A stretch of 63,072 nucleotides of DNA, counting the filler, from Guillardia theta CCMP2712 (Eukaryota; Protista; Cryptophyta): the NCBI RefSeq assembly GCF_000315625.1. It is 8 parts of 8 records of this genome, joined end to end, with 100 filler letters (N's around TTAATTAATTAA, not from the genome) between each part and the next. Parts side by side here need not be neighbours in the genome. Positions count along the whole stretch, not along the records: positions 43,723 to 58,071 come from NW_005434659.1; positions 58,172 to 59,792 come from NW_005434042.1; positions 59,893 to 63,072 come from NW_005434096.1; 5 more parts are not named here. One strand, written 5' to 3'. Made by a program: the position numbers and the translations under genes. Shown one piece after another: positions 49,330 through 62,123 of this stretch; position 1 is the first letter of the stretch, and every line of letters begins with the position of its first letter. Below the pieces are notes generated by a model that worked only from the letters and a program-made list of their open reading frames with translations, was not told the DNA's origin and did not search any database.

Positions 49330-52320
49330 ATCATCCTCGTCCTCGTCCTCCTCATCCTCCTCCTCCTCCTCCTCCTCCTCCTCCTCCTCCTCCTCCTCCA
49401 GGCCTTGTGCGGGGCAGGCCCCCACGCAGCCACTCCAACCAGGGGCCGATAAATAGATCAAGGATGTTGGAGGATCGACCAGCGATGGGGATGACACCTT
49501 CCACGATATCCATCTCTAGTCACCTGAACCCATCTTGATAGCAAGATAAGGTCAGGNNNNNNNNNNNNNNNNNNNNNNNNNNNNNNNNNNNNNNNNNNNN
49601 NNNNNNNNNNNNNNNNNNNNNNNNNNNNNNNNNNNNNNNNNNNNNNNNNNNNNNNNTGAGCGAGTGAGAAAGAGGCGTCAGGTGACGGAGGACAAAACCA
49701 TCTTCTTTCCGCTGGAGCTGACAGACTTCGATTACGGAAATCGGGTGTTGGGTCTCATCGAGCAGGGGCTGGGGGAGGTGAGGGAGAGGAGAGCAGGACA
49801 AGGCGGGAAGTAGCTCCGGGCGCTAGTGATGCACTGCTTGTACTCGCTGCACTGCTTGTACTCGCTGCACTGCTTGTACTCGCTGCACTACTTACACTAC
49901 TTGTACTCGCTGCACTACTTGTACTCGCTGCACTACTTGTACTCGCTGCACTGCTTGTACTCGCTGCACTGCTTGTACTCGCTGCACTGCTTGTACTCGC
50001 TGCACTGCTTGTACTCGCTGCACTACTTGTACCCTGCACTACTTGTACTCGCTGCACTGCTTGTACTCGCTGCACTACTTGTACTCGCTGCACTGCTTGT
50101 ACTCGCTGCACTGCTTGTACTCGCTGCACTGCTTGTACTCGCTGCACTGCTTGTACTCGCTGCACTGCTTGTACTCGCTTGATCCTCTCGGCAGGTTCAT
50201 GTGGCCATGGTGGAGCTTTCACTCGCGACTCCTGTGGTATCAGATGGAGTCCTTGTCCCCAGCAGCCAAGTGTCTCTCTCCCAGCTCCTTCGCCACCTCG
50301 AAGACGCGCATGTGGCCAAGGAAGTCACCGAACGTCGCATGTGAGCATCTGACGAAGAAGCAGGCCTTCAGCTCCCGCATGCTCATGGACGAGCAGGACT
50401 TTCGGGAAATGATGAAGAGACTTCAACAAGCACTTGCAAGCATGTCCAACAAGTCCAAAATCCTGCAAGACCTAAATCACGTGAGTCTGCTCCCTCCCTC
50501 TCCTCCCCTCCCTCCTCTTTTGTCCCTCCTCTCCCTCTTCTCCCTCCCTTCCTACCTCACTTCCTACCTCACTTCCGCCATAGACTGACCAGCCCTTGAG
50601 TGCCAAACAGATCAGCTCTTCGACCTGGGCTTGCAGGTAGCACGACTGCTCTCTCGGCATGGCTGAGAGGAGAGCAGATCCTTGGAGCAGGGTCAAGAGC
50701 TAGTCTCTGCTGCCAGACATCCCAACAGCTCCTGCAGTTGAAGACGCGCTGGACCCGGCATCGCAGTTTTCGTCAGGAGAGGATGAAGAGGTTGATGGAG
50801 GTCTTGCCCTCCGACGCTTGTGGTCCATGCGAGGAGCAACTGGTGAAGCTCAAGAAGAGGATCGCCAAGGTGATGGGCTTGTGGCTCGAGAGTTTCAGTG
50901 ACCGGAGTCTCTCAGCTGAAGAGCCTCCCTGCCTTCTCCCACCGAGAGCAGCTTGACCACATCTGGAAGAGAGTGCACGACCTCGCGGAGGAGAGGTCTT
51001 TTCTGTCAGAGACTCTATATCAAAGCCGCGAAGAGGAGCGTTATCACGTGCGAGCCAAGAAGGTGGGAGGGGAGGCGCGTCAGCTGAGGGGAGGCGCGTC
51101 AGCTGAGGGGAGGCGCGTCAGCTGAGGGGAGGCGCGTCAGCTGCGGTGACGCTCTTGCTCTAGTGGGATCAAGCTCAGATGAACAAGCACGCGCAAGACT
51201 TGGAGATGCTACCCAGGATCGAACAAGTCAGCGAGAAGCTCGCAGAGGTATGGGCCTCCATCAGACCAGCCGAGCTGCAGGAGAGCGAGGAGAGAGCTGG
51301 GTATCGCGAGTGCATAGAAGAGTTTGTGGAGAGAAGAGACTACGTGTCTGCCAACGAGATGTCGAGAAGGCTGGAGGGTGAGGAAGCTCATAGCCTGGTC
51401 GCCTACTGATCTTGTGCAGACATGCAGGCAATGAGAGACAGACAGCAGGCCAACACCTTGATGGCTCGCTTGTTCCAGAGAGCTGGGGAGAGAGGAGGAG
51501 TCGTGAGCTCGAGCGATGTGATGCTTTATGTGTGAGGTCATGGCAGATCCGGGCCATGACGGAGGTTGTCAAAAGAAGCGACCCTCGCTCTCTCCCAGAC
51601 GAGCCTCTCTTCGACGAAGACTTGCTGGTGTTCCTGCTAGACAAGCAGTTGGAGGTTCTGCGGGAGAGGTGGGAAGGTGTCATCTTTCATGAGTGACATG
51701 CTGGGGAAGGTCGAGAACGTGGAGGCTCGACTATGAAGCAGACCCCGCACAGGTTCTCTCGTCCTCTCAGACTCTATCCCGACATGTCCAGCAGGTTGAC
51801 GAGCTGATCGCAAGAGTAAGTCATCTTGATCTATTCTTACATTCCATCTTTCTTACATCTACTCTTACGATGTATTCTTACATTCGTCATCGTTGACATG
51901 ACAGCCGTGAAGCTAAACGAGCATGTCAGGTCGAGAACTATCAAGCGCTCCTCTCTTGGAGGTTGTCAGCGCTGGAGCGACTGCAGGAAGCAGAGGAAGC
52001 TGTGGAAGTGTGACTGGCTGTCCCAGCACCCCAGCAGCTGATCCCCTCGTAGAGCATGCGAGCTGTCGTCGAGGAGCTTCTCGTCCCCTCGCACGGAAAG
52101 CTCTCGAGGGTGACGGCCGCGAGGATTGTGAGGCTTGTGTCTCCTACTCATGTGAGGTCCTCACCTCTTTCAGCTTGAGCATCTCTCCTTTGACCTCTCG
52201 CGCCTTCGCCGCCTCCTTCTGCATCGCGACAGCCTCTTGGCCCTCGCGGATGACCTGGTTCGCTGATGCTTCCCAGCCTCCTGGTGGCCAACACGCTTAT
52301 GCAGGAGGACGCGAGCAGAG
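49229..52320 (+). CDS. Intron-rich coiled-coil hypothetical protein(s); the last exons may be the N-terminus of the NHL gene
   Basis: Chain of GT-AG-bounded helical exons (FREMMKRLQQAL, LDHIWKRVHDLAEER, LSALERLQEAEE). Confidence 0.4.
49831..50179 (+). repeat. 18-bp minisatellite (gcactgcttgtactcgct)n
   Basis: About 19 copies, probably intronic. Confidence 0.95.
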
Positions 52321-52382
52321 GCGGTCAGAAGCCAAGGCATGCGGTGTGGGGGGCTGAGGGCTGGAGAAGCTGCAAGGGATGG

Positions 52383-53827
52383 ATGATGACAAGCATCGGA
52401 GGATGGGGCAAAGACGAAGGAAACTTCAAGAGCCCTTGCGGCCTCGCCTTCAGGCGCGACCCTCTTCCTCTCCTCCTTCCCTTCTCCTCTTCCTCTCCTC
52501 CTTCCCTTCTCCTCTTCCTCTCCTCCTTCCCTTCTCCTCTTCCTCTCCTCCTTCTCTTCTCCTCTTCCTCTCCTCCTTCCCTTCTCCTCTTCCTCTCCTC
52601 CTTCTCTTCTCCTCTTCCTCTCCTCCTTCCCTTATCCTCTTCCTCTCCTCCTTCCCTTCTGCTCTTCCTCTCCTCCTTCCCTTCTCCTCTTCCTCTCCTC
52701 CTTCCCTTCTCCTCTTCCTCTCCTCCTTCCCTTCTCCTTCTGCTTCTCCACTCCTCCTCCCTGCTTACTCACTGTTCTGTAGCCCGACAGGTCAAGTCCT
52801 GGTAGCGGATCGCGGGAATCATCGGGTGCAAATCTTGTCCGACAACGGCAGGTAGAGGTCGCCTGCTGCTTCTGGAGCAAACGCGCTTGTGGTGAAGGGT
52901 GCTCAAGGCCTTCGCGAGTCGAGGCTCAGGAGATGGAGAGCTGGAGAGCCCAAGCGGGGTAGCTGTGAGTGAAGACGGAAGAGTGCTGGTGGCTGATCGA
53001 GGGAACAATCGTATCTCCGTGTTCAACATGGAGGGGCGTTGGCTCTATCGTGAGACCTCCGTGTTCCTTTCCTGTCGGCCATCTCCTACGCTCTCTGCCT
53101 CCCCTCGCCAGCTGCTACAACATACATGACGACTGTCCTGTACACTCACTGAGCATGCAGACATAGGGAACGGGACGGGAGTAGAAGCAGGGGAGATGCA
53201 GGGGCCTTGCGGGGTGAGGAGACGATGGCTGCGGGCAAATAGTGAGAGGCTGCAGGTGGCGACAAGCAGGAGGAACGAAGTCCTGGTGGCGGACTGCGGG
53301 AACCATCGCGTCCAAGTGTTCACGCTAGACGGAAACTTGAAGCGAATCATGGGGGAAGGGCTGAGATATCCCATCTGTGTGGCGGCGAGGAAGAGCGGGG
53401 AAGTGCTGGTCACAGAGAGAGGAGGAAGCAGCGTCAAGGTCTTGTCGCCCGACGGGAGGGTGAGTTGTGCTGATGCTGGTGGTGAAACTCATCAGGGCTT
53501 CAGCTCGTTGCTTCGCTTCCCCTCGCCGCAAGTCGACAAACTCGCAACGAGTGAGCGCCATGAGCAGAGGAAGAGGAGAAAGCCAATGACTCGCCAGCCA
53601 GGTTTCACGTCTGTGCCATGGGCGAGAGGATAGCAGTGTCTGACGCAGCAAGTCACGTCGTGCGTGTGTTGGATGCCGGGAGCGGAGAGGTGCTTTCGCA
53701 GCTGCTGCTGCAGCACCATGACACCTCCCTCATCTCTCCTAATGCTCTCGCCGCCTATGACGATAGTCTGATCGCCCTCGCCGACCATGCGAGGCACAGC
53801 ATCGTGTTTGTACAGGAAGAGAAGTAG
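52383..53827 (+). CDS. NHL-repeat beta-propeller protein
   Basis: GNFKSPCGLA, VADRGNHRVQI, GELESPSGVAV, VADCGNHRVQVF. True start is probably further upstream. Confidence 0.88.
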
Positions 53828-53840
53828 AGACATCGCTGGT

Positions 53841-55242
53841 TTACAAGGAAGGGGTGAGATGCTGCTGGTAGCTGATGACTTTGACTCCTGTCCCAACCAC
53901 GGCAACTCTGAGAACATCTGTCCTACAACCGAATGAGAGGCACAGCACCTCTGAGCATGAGAGCATGTCTTACCTTCGATGAGCTGACATCGGCATGCGA
54001 GCACGAACCTGTTCAAGGAGGGAGAAGTCCAAGTCGGCAACGACAACGCCAGCAGATTCGGAACCTGCGTCTTGAAGCACCTGACCACAAGTCACTTACC
54101 CTCACGTTTTCCGCCGCAGCTCTCATCCTCTCTCATTCTCTTCCAATGATGCGCATCCGTCTCTTCCATCTTCACCTTCCCCCACGGGTCGACGATGAGC
54201 GCATGGCCGTAGCTCGACCGCTTCTCATTGTGTCTTCCGAACTGTGCTGCGGCTGCGACATAGCACTGGGTCTCGATCGCTCTTGCTCGCAGCAGCACCT
54301 GCCGGCATCTATCACACTCCTCCCCTCTCAGGCTTCCTCCTGCCTCCCAGTGCGCCTCGCCCGTGGTCGGCATGAAGGCGCTGGGGATCAGGATGAGATG
54401 TGCTCCTGCATCTCTGAGTGCGACGAAGAGCTCAGGAAACCTGAGATCGTAGCTGCAACATCGTCATGGAATGCATCCTTTGCATCACCCTTGCCAGCAC
54501 CATGTTGTGATCCCGATGTTGCCAAACGGAGTGTCTTTAAGCACAACGATCTGCAGGATCGCGTCACGACATGCGGGTAATTTCGTACACAAGGACTCAC
54601 TTCCTCTCCTTTATGCGTTGATCTGCTCTCCTGGAACCCTCCATCATAATCCACATCGAACAAGTGCAGCTTCCGGTATCTGAGGCTCGCTCAGTTCTAA
54701 CCTCCCGCAGCTCCTCCCCCTCACGTGGCTGCGATCTGCCCAGCATCGTCTACAACGATCTGCCCATGGGGGATGACTCAGAGTTTGTTCTCACACGAGT
54801 TTTGCATCACGTGAGTGTTGTATATCTTTGGATCGTCTTTTGTCTTGCGTTCGTGGAAGCCTCCTAAGCTCAGCCACAAACCCTCGTCTCGCGCCAGCTG
54901 CAGCTAGTTGAGCTCCGTCACCTCCGCCCTCCTCCGCGTCGACCTTTCTGTACCGAGAGACGATTTCTCCCGTCAAAGGCTCTGCCATCTTCAACGCGTC
55001 GCCCGTGCCTGGGGTTCCCATGAACTCGAAGCACTCAGGGAGCGACAAGAAGGAGGCGCCCTGTCCCGACATATCAGACGACCAGGAGGAGAGCAAGGAG
55101 ACTAGGGAAGGGGAAGAAGAAACACAAGCACCTGCAAGCGAGCAAGTTGGCACAGCCTCTTGCTCTCTGCCATGTTCGCCTCCACGTCACTCGTCGATCG
55201 CATCTGACCGACCGCGATCCGAGCTGCTGCATGTCGCAACAT
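53841..55242 (-). CDS. NIT1: Nitrilase-family deaminated-glutathione amidase (Nit1)
   Basis: [73 protein letters not shown]. Confidence 0.92.
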
Positions 55243-55624
55243 CCGCCTGACCAAGTTGTTCCAGTCGCAAGAGTCGCAGATAATCAATTGGGGCCCGGCG
55301 GCGCCGGCCGGCGGCGGCCCGGACGGTCTCGGCCCGGCCCCGAGATCGGATGACTCCCTTAGTCACCAGTAGGGCCGCTGGCTCAGCCTGCTCTTCAGGC
55401 TGCTGGGTGCATCAGCATCTGTTGATTATGCGGTACAAGCGGTCCCGCCCAGTGCTCTGCGTACTGGTTGCATAGCCCGTCCGGAGAGCTCGCCGTCACT
55501 GTCAAGCATCCGAAGAGAGGCTGCAGAAGCCGGCTCTCCATCCATCACTGCCAGTGACACCAGCACTGCTGGCAACTGTCAGCAGACTCGACCCGGCACT
55601 GCCAGCCCACGCGCGAAGCGGAGG

Positions 55625-58050
55625 GCATATGCAGCGCGATGTTTGCGAATCTTCTCCAACGCTGCAACATGGAGGGCGTCAGGCACTTTTTACCTTCTGC
55701 CAGTAAATCTCCTTTGGCGTCCGCCATCAAGCCCTCGTACTGCTCGGACCCTAAAGTGCCCCAAGCAGAAGAAAGCAGCATGCTTGAGGCACTTTTTACC
55801 TTCTGCCAGTAAATCCATTGTCCGGAACACAGCAACAAACGCACTGCGGCACGAAACACAAGACCGAAAGTAACCAGTGGCTCAGGTCCGCTCAGGAAAA
55901 TGAGCGAAGAAGATGGTGGTGGACTGCAAGTGCAAGACCCTATCCTGCGGCTGTGCAAGGTGTGGATATCACGCTTCTGATCGGTAAGCGCTGCTTTCTT
56001 CTGCTTTAGGCACTTTTTACCTTCTGCCAGTAAAACTCAGCGCAGCACGAGCATGGACATGGCAATGAACATCCGCATGACAAGAGGAGTCACATTGCGC
56101 CGCGCAGGCGGAGGAATTTACTGGCAGAAGGTAAAAAGTGCCTCAAGCAGAACAAAGCAGGAATAAGCTAAACCTCCAGGCACACAGCGCACAGCGAGAA
56201 GCTGCACAAACACACACAAAACACAAGCCATGCATCGCCAGCCCAAGCGCGAAGCCGCGCAGACAAGCAGCCTAAGCTTTGTGGCGGCAGCGGACGTCTC
56301 GACTGACAGTGGTCAGTCGGCTGCCTCCGGGTATCGCGTCTAAGGGATTTTATTCCTCCTGCATGCTCNNNNNNNNNNNNNNNNNNNNNNNNNNNNNNNN
56401 NNNNNNNNNNNNNNNNNNNNNNNNNNNNNNNNNNNNNNNNNNNNNNNNNNNNNNNNNNNNNNNNNNNNNNNNNNNNNNNNNNNNNNNNNNNNNNNNNNNN
56501 NNNNNNNNNNNNNNNNNNNNNNNNNNNNNNNNNNNNNNNNNNNNNNNNNNNNNNNNNNNNNNNNNNNNNNNNNNNNNNNNNNNNNNNNNNNNNNNNNNNN
56601 NNNNNNNNNNNNNNNNNNNNNNNNNNNNNNNNNNNNNNNNNNNNNNNNNNNNNNNNNNNNNNNNNNNNNNNNNNNNNNNNNNNNNNNNNNNNNNNNNNNN
56701 NNNNNNNNNNNNNNNNNNNNNNNNNNNNNNNNNNNNNNNNNNNNNNNNNNNNNNNNNNNNNNNNNNNNNNNNNNNNNNNNNNNNNNNNNNNNNNNNNNNN
56801 NNNNNNNNNNNNNNNNNNNNNNNNNNNNNNNNNNNNNNNNNNNNNNNNNNNNNNNNNNNNNNNNNNNNNNNNNNNNNNNNNNNNNNNNNNNNNNNNNNNN
56901 NNNNNNNNNNNNNNNNNNNNNNNNNNNNNNNNNNNNNNNNNNNNNNNNNNNNNNNNNNNNNNNNNNNNNNNNNNNNNNNNNNNNNNNNNNNNNNNNNNNN
57001 NNNNNNNNNNNNNNNNNNNNNNNNNNNNNNNNNNNNNNNNNNNNNNNNNNNNNNNNNNNNNNNNNNNNNNNNNNNNNNNNNNNNNNNNNNNNNNNNNNNN
57101 NNNNNNNNNNNNNNNNNNNNNNNNNNNNNNNNNNNNNNNNNNNNNNNNNNNNNNNNNNNNNNNNNNNNNNNNNNNNNNNNNNNNNNNNNNNNNNNNNNNN
57201 NNNNNNNNNNNNNNNNNNNNNNNNNNNNNNNNNNNNNNNNNNNNNNNNNNNNNNNAAAATCCCTTAGACGCGATACCCGGAGGCAGCCGACTGACCACTG
57301 TCAGTCGAGACGTCCGCTGCCGCCACAAAGCGGGCGGCCGCGGACGGAGAAAGGGCAGCCGCCGACAAGGAGCCGGCGTAGAGGAAGGCTGGACACAGGA
57401 ACACGGTACCGCTCGAGGTAGTTCACCTCGCTAGCCTCCGAGTCAGCGTTAGCCGAGTCAGCGGTAGCCGCCCGTGACGGCGGCGACTCGGCGCCGCGGC
57501 AATGCCCAAGGACCGGCGTGACCCGACCGATGCCGGGGAGGAAGCAGGCGAGCTCGGAGCTGTCCTCTGGCTCGAGAAGTGCTTGCGCCCGCAAGGGCGT
57601 CATGCGCCTCGCACCAGACAAGAGCGCCTCCAGCGTCAGCTGCATAGTGAGGCGCTGATAGGTGGCGGCGCGTTTGCGAGCTAAGACCTCAGCAGCAGGG
57701 CCGTCATCAGGCACGAAGTGCCGACCAAACGCCGCATCCTCAAGAGGCATCGAGCGCTGAGCCGCATGATGTCCGCGAGATACCAGATGAAGCGGAGGGT
57801 GTCAGGATGCAGGGTACCGTCCGTCGAGATGGCAAGAGGGATGAACGCTCGAGGAGGAGTAGTCATAGCATATGCAGCGCGATGTTTGCGAATCTTCTGT
57901 TTTGCTTGAGGCACTTTTTACCCTCTGCCAGTAAATCCTATAAAGTCTCAGACGCTGCAACATGGAGGGCGTCGAGGTTGACTTCCCCCCACTTGGTCAG
58001 GTCGGCAGAGCTACCAATGTAAGAAGTTAATGGATTTACTGGCAGAATTT
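55625..58050 (-). mobile_element. Relic of a REL-endonuclease non-LTR retrotransposon (CRE/R2-like) with interspersed TIR-like repeats
   Basis: ALHVAA.EKIRKHRAAY..AFIPLAISTDGTLHPDTLRFIWYLA resembles the C-terminal restriction-like endonuclease. Partial duplicate at 55625-55680. Confidence 0.55.
55991..56160. mobile_element. MITE-like element with ~44-bp terminal inverted repeats
   Basis: 55991-56034 and 56117-56160 are inverted copies of ctgctt...gcactttttaccttctgccagtaaa. Confidence 0.6.
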
Positions 58051-58171
58051 TTTGCGCACATCATGAACCATNNNNNNNNNNNNNNNNNNNNNNNNNNNNN
58101 NNNNNNNNNNNNNNNTTAATTAATTAANNNNNNNNNNNNNNNNNNNNNNNNNNNNNNNNNNNNNNNNNNNN

Positions 58172-58219
58172 TTTGCTCCTCCTCCTGTCTCTCCCTCTCC
58201 TCACGCTCCTCCTCCTGTC

Positions 58220-58284
<65 letters not shown>

Positions 58285-58300
58285 CGCTCCTCCTCCTGTC

Positions 58301-58335
<35 letters not shown>

Positions 58336-59582
58336 CGCTCCTCCTCCTGTCCCTGCTCCTGCTGCTGCTGCTGCTGCTCTTTCTCCAGCTTCTCCTCCTC
58401 ATCCTCCTCCATCCCCTTATCTCCTTCACCATCTCCCATCCCATCCTTCTCCTCTCCAGCACTAGCCGCCGCCATTACTGCAGCCTGATCCGCCTGTACA
58501 GGAATCGGTAGCAGGAAGAGACGACCTTGCTGCTCCTGCCCTTCGTCGTCGAACATCAACTGCTCCTTAGGGGTGTAATCATTCCCTCCGTCTTCGAGCA
58601 GCTCCTCCCTTCCTCTCCCTCCCTCCTTCTCCTTCCTGTGGCTGTACGAGATTTTGTGCCGTTCCTCCTCCTCCTCCTCCTCCTCCTCCTCCTTCCCCTT
58701 GTACCTCAAGTCCACCAGCCCGGGCCTGTCCCCGTCTGGACTGACCAGCTCCACCCGCTCCTTTATCTCGCTCCTTTCCAACTTGTTCTCCCACTCCAGC
58801 TCCCTCAACCTGCTCTCGCTGTAGCTCTGCGTCGACCTGATCATTCTCTCCAGCTTGTTCCACGTCGCATCATCGACGTACTTGGAGTCGTTCGACCTGC
58901 CGTCTCCTCCCTCCACCTTCTCCTCCCTCCTCCCTCCTCCCGTCCCCGACGTCTCGGACTTGCGCTGCTCCCCGCTCCTCCTCTCGCTCAGGTTCACTTG
59001 GCCGCCGACGTCACTGAGGGCGATCAGGGAGAACTCTGTACTGAACCAGTAGGAGTCGAGGATGCTGAGGTCAGTCGCCGTCGATCCCGTTGACACCTCC
59101 TCCTCCTGCCCCCTCAACTGCCTCATCTTCTCCTGCGCTGCCCCCACAAACTCCTTCTTTGCCCTCTTCAGCAGCTCCCTCAGCTCGCTGCTGCCATGGA
59201 TCCAGTCAGCCTCCCACCTCCCCCTGCCCTCCTCCTCCACCTCATCGATTTGACGGCCTGGAAGTCGCTGGAAAATTTCTTGACGATGAGGAGCGAAGTG
59301 TCTCGGGCGACGGAGTGCAACTTCGTCTCGTGGGGGACCTTCTCCTTCCTCCCCTCCCTCCTCCCTTCCTCCCCATCCTCCTGCTCCACGTTCCAACCCG
59401 TCAGCCACACCGCTGCCAACCTCTCAGCTCTTACCCGCTTCAAGGCTTGATCTTCCTCCGCCAGTTGCTCCAGGTGATACTTGATGTGGTACCAGGGGTC
59501 TTGCTCGTCCTTACATGGCAGTCAGGATTTCATGGCTGACAGGACAAGGAAACATGTACCGGAGACTCGAAGTCCGTTCCAT
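58172..59582 (-). CDS. Hypothetical acidic/polyQ low-complexity protein, partial
   Basis: Long open frame to the gap (EADWIHGSSELRELLKRAKKEF...), plus upstream exons. Confidence 0.45.
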
Positions 59583-59634
59583 GCACAACCCTTGATAGGC
59601 TGACAATCTGTGAATATCACTCAGTTCGGTTTCT

Positions 59635-59724
<90 letters not shown>

Positions 59725-59970
59725 TCGTCCATTTCTCACCTTCTCATTCGACTTCATTCAGTCTTCTCCTCTCGCCTTCCTATCGCCTCTGANNNNNNNN
59801 NNNNNNNNNNNNNNNNNNNNNNNNNNNNNNNNNNNNTTAATTAATTAANNNNNNNNNNNNNNNNNNNNNNNNNNNNNNNNNNNNNNNNNNNNCCTTCTTC
59901 TCATCCTCAGGAGTCCTTCTCTCATCCTCCTCTCCCTCCCTCCTTTCTTTCTCAATATAGCATGCATGCG

Positions 59971-62123
59971 ATGGTGAAGACGCAACTCGGGTGGGGAACT
60001 TTGCGAAGGTCGATGAGCAGTGGCTATTTGCCAGCAGCTCTTTCATGTTCAGCGAGCGTCAGAGCGTACAAGAGCCTTCTTGTTCCAAGAGGTTGGAGAC
60101 GGGAGGGGATAGCGAGAGCCATGTCGACTACGAGGGAGGGAGAGGAGGAGTTCCTAGATAGGCTCGAGGCCGGACGCCCAGGCGTCGAGCTGGGGCTTGA
60201 CAAGTCTGTGCGTCTCCTAGAGAAGTTGGGATTGCCGCAGAGAGAGCTGAGGGTGATGCACGTCGGGGGGACCAACGGGAAGGGAAGCGTCTGCGCCATG
60301 ATGTCTTCAGTGCTACAAGCAGCCGGGTACTCCGTCGGCGTGTTCAGCTCCCCCCATCTCCACCACTGGTCGGAGGCCGTGACGGTGAACGGGATGGTGG
60401 ACGTGGAGGCGTGGAGGAGAGCGGTGGGTAAGGTACAGCAGCAGCTCGTGCAGGATGGAGAGGACGGCAAGTTCACTGCCTTCGAGGCGGCTTGCGCTGC
60501 CATGTGGGTCCAGCTAGCAGAGAGGCAGGTGGACTACGCGCTGATCGAGGTTGGGGTGGGGGGTCGACTGGACGCCACCAACGTGTGCGAGGAGGTGGAA
60601 GTAAGCATCATCACCAGCGTCGGGCTGGACCATCAGGTGCTGCTGCTGTACCTCCCTTCGCCTCCTCCTCCTGGCTGAATCCTCTTCCTCCCTCCTCCTC
60701 CTCCCTCCTCGTCCTCTCTGACTCCTCCCGCAGGACCTGCTCGGCGAGACCGTCGCTGCCATCGCCGAGCAGAAGAGCGGCATCATGAAGAAAGCGTGCC
60801 CCTCCGTCGTCTCCTCCACCCTCCCCGAAGACGCCATGTCGGTTGCCATCTCCTCAGCCAAGTCTCTTTCCTGTGACCCCTTTCTCGTCGCTCCTCCTGC
60901 CGTCCCCGTCAGCTCCTCCTCCTCCCACCTCGGCTGCACCCTAGCTCGTTGGCAGGACCCGATGACTGGAAGCATGCTTGAGTTCGAGCTGTCGCTCCAC
61001 GGTGACTTCCAGCTGTCAAATGCCGGTACGTCTCACCAGTCCTCTCAACCACCACCACAACTAGCTCCTCCTCTGATCTCCTCCTCCTCCTCCTCCTCTG
61101 ATCTCCTCCTCCTCCTCGAGCTCCCCGTCCTCCTCCTCTCCTCTCCCCCTCCTCCCGCTTTTCCTCCCCCTGCTCTTCTTGACGCGCTTGCAGGTACGGC
61201 CATCGCTGCCCTCAAAGCTGTTGCTGCTACTCACTCCCGCCGAGGTCCCAGTGCTTGTCCCCTTCCTCTGTCTACTCACCTCCTCTTCTCTACCGCTTCT
61301 CACCCTCTCCTCCTCTACCTCTCCTCATGCTCTGTTCCTCTGCCTTTCCTCCTCCCCTCCTCTATACCTGCCCTCCTCTACTTGTCGTTCTCCCCCCCTC
61401 CTGTACCTCTCCTCGTTCTCCTCCCCTCCTCTGCCTCTCCTCGTTCTCCTCCCCTCCTCTACCTCTCCCCGTTCTCCCCCTCTCCTCTTCCTCACGGTCG
61501 TCCCTCAGGTACACCGAAGCCTCTGGTGCTGTCGGACGAGCACATTCGCGAGGGGATGCGGCGGGCGAGCTGGCCGGGGCGGCTGGAGTGGACCACGTGG
61601 CGGGGGAGAAGCATCCTCCTTGACGGGGCTCACAACAGCGAGGCAGCCGCTGCCCTCCGCTCCTACATCGACAGCATCTCCCATCGCTACCCCAAGGTGC
61701 TCTCGCTCCCTTCCCAGCTGGAGATGAGCTCGTGCTGAGCTGGGCTGGTGCCGCAGGTGCACTGGGTGGTGGGCATGGCAGAGAGCAAGGACGTGGAAGG
61801 GTTCGTTCGCATCCTCGTTCGGCCCTGCGACGTCGTCGAGGCCGTCAGCGTTCAGTCGCTTCCTCGACGGCACACAGCAGCGTCTCCTGATCGCATTCAG
61901 TGAGGGGACGAGGAGGAGGAGCGGCAGCAACTGATGGCCGTTGCAGGAAGGCGGTGACAGCAGCAGGCGCTTGCTGCCATGTGTCTGCCACGCTCACAGC
62001 GGCGCTTGAGCGAGCATGCGAGGTGATGGAGGCGCTAGAGGAGGAGGGATGTAACTTGTCTGGCAGGACGAGGACAGTCTCAAGGTGCTGTGCGGGTCGC
62101 TTCACCTCATAGCAGATTTTTGA
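59971..62123 (+). CDS. folC: Dihydrofolate/folylpolyglutamate synthase with mitochondrial-type presequence
   Basis: HVGGTNGKGS, FSSPHL, EVGVGGRLDATNV, ITSVGLDH, IAEQKSGIMK, WPGRLE, LLDGAHN, CGSLHL. Confidence 0.93.

Noticed and set aside
49755-50222. Repeat-protein ORFs (LHCLYS, VQAVQR, STSSAA)
   Set aside because: By-products of a stop-free 18-bp minisatellite.
55682-56160. CRISPR-like repeat-spacer array
   Set aside because: Spacers are irregular (~80-190 nt), orientations are mixed, no cas genes are present and the context is eukaryotic. It fits TIR/MITE ends better.
56277-57331. Perfect ~75-bp inverted repeat flanking the large gap
   Set aside because: Both arms end at the gap edges, so a mis-oriented contig overlap is likely. 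It cannot be called biological without reads.
59610-59792. Poly-His / poly-Met ORFs
   Set aside because: (CAT)n microsatellite.
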